A stretch of 64,000 nucleotides of DNA from Mobula hypostoma (taxonomy: Eukaryota), in contig NC_086097.1 of NCBI RefSeq assembly GCF_963921235.1, forward strand, positions 168,642,001 to 168,706,000, in the 5' to 3' direction. This document shows, in pieces, positions 63,501 through 64,000 of this stretch. The translations under genes and the position numbers were made by a program. How positions within the stretch are numbered: position 1 is the first letter of the stretch; each line of letters opens with the position of its first letter. The notes under the pieces were generated by a model. The model was not told the origin of the DNA and did not search any database. It was given only the letters and a program-made list of their open reading frames with translations.

Positions 63501-64000
63501 ATCCTATGAAAACCTAATCTTTATGCTTACACTGGACTAACTCTTTAAAGCTTTTCTGCATGTACCCTTCAGGTCTCTGCTCTTAAGTGAGTCATGCAAA
63601 CTTTGTATAAACATCCAAAGATCTATTGCAGGATGGTTATTAATGGACCCAACCACCACCAATACAACAGGAACCTCACTTCAGTGAATAAAAGCAGAAA
63701 AGGCTGAAATACGCAGCAGGACAAGCAGCATCTAGTGAGAGACATACTCGTGTGGTGCACTGTGTTGTCACACAGATCTAGAGTGTTAGCCCAGCAACAC
63801 ATTCATATCTCTCAGAAATTCAAATTAAAGTAATTAATCTGGAGTAATAATCTAGTATCAGTAGGGTATGTCATGCAAGTACCGGACTGATGCAAAAACC
63901 CAAACAGTTCCCCGCTGTGTGAGAGAAACCTGGTGCCTTTATTTTGTCAGATCCGTGTGTGTCTGGCACCCTCACGCCCCCCCCCCCACCATTGAAGTGG

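Noticed and set aside
1..64000. Prokaryote-type systems (CRISPR arrays, operons, retrons) or a large viral insertion
   Set aside because: No regularly spaced repeat-spacer array or gene-dense segment; all RT motifs belong to eukaryotic LINE or Penelope families

Overview
Vertebrate nuclear DNA that is mostly transposable-element sequence. V-domain (HE1-like) SINEs, a Deu-domain SINE, many CR1, Rex1/Babar and Penelope-like elements point to a cartilaginous fish (inference). No complete host gene is visible and nearly all listed ORFs are LINE fragments or their antisense shadows. Contents: young and old CR1 LINEs; Rex1/Babar, RTE, L2 and Tx1 LINE pieces; Penelope-like (GIY-YIG) retroelements; a full-length but dead Tc1 (DD34E, IR/DR) transposon; a solo LTR; hAT MITEs; several tRNA-derived SINE families. 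Many insertions are nested with readable target-site duplications (TSDs). Highlights: (i) at least five minimal hammerhead-ribozyme motifs in Penelope-like 3' regions, some in short stand-alone or foldback units; (ii) a degraded intronless EXOSC1 retrocopy fragment absent from the ORF track; (iii) a few possible small minus-strand exons of an unidentified host gene. Boundaries of degraded repeats are approximate and all identities were judged by eye.
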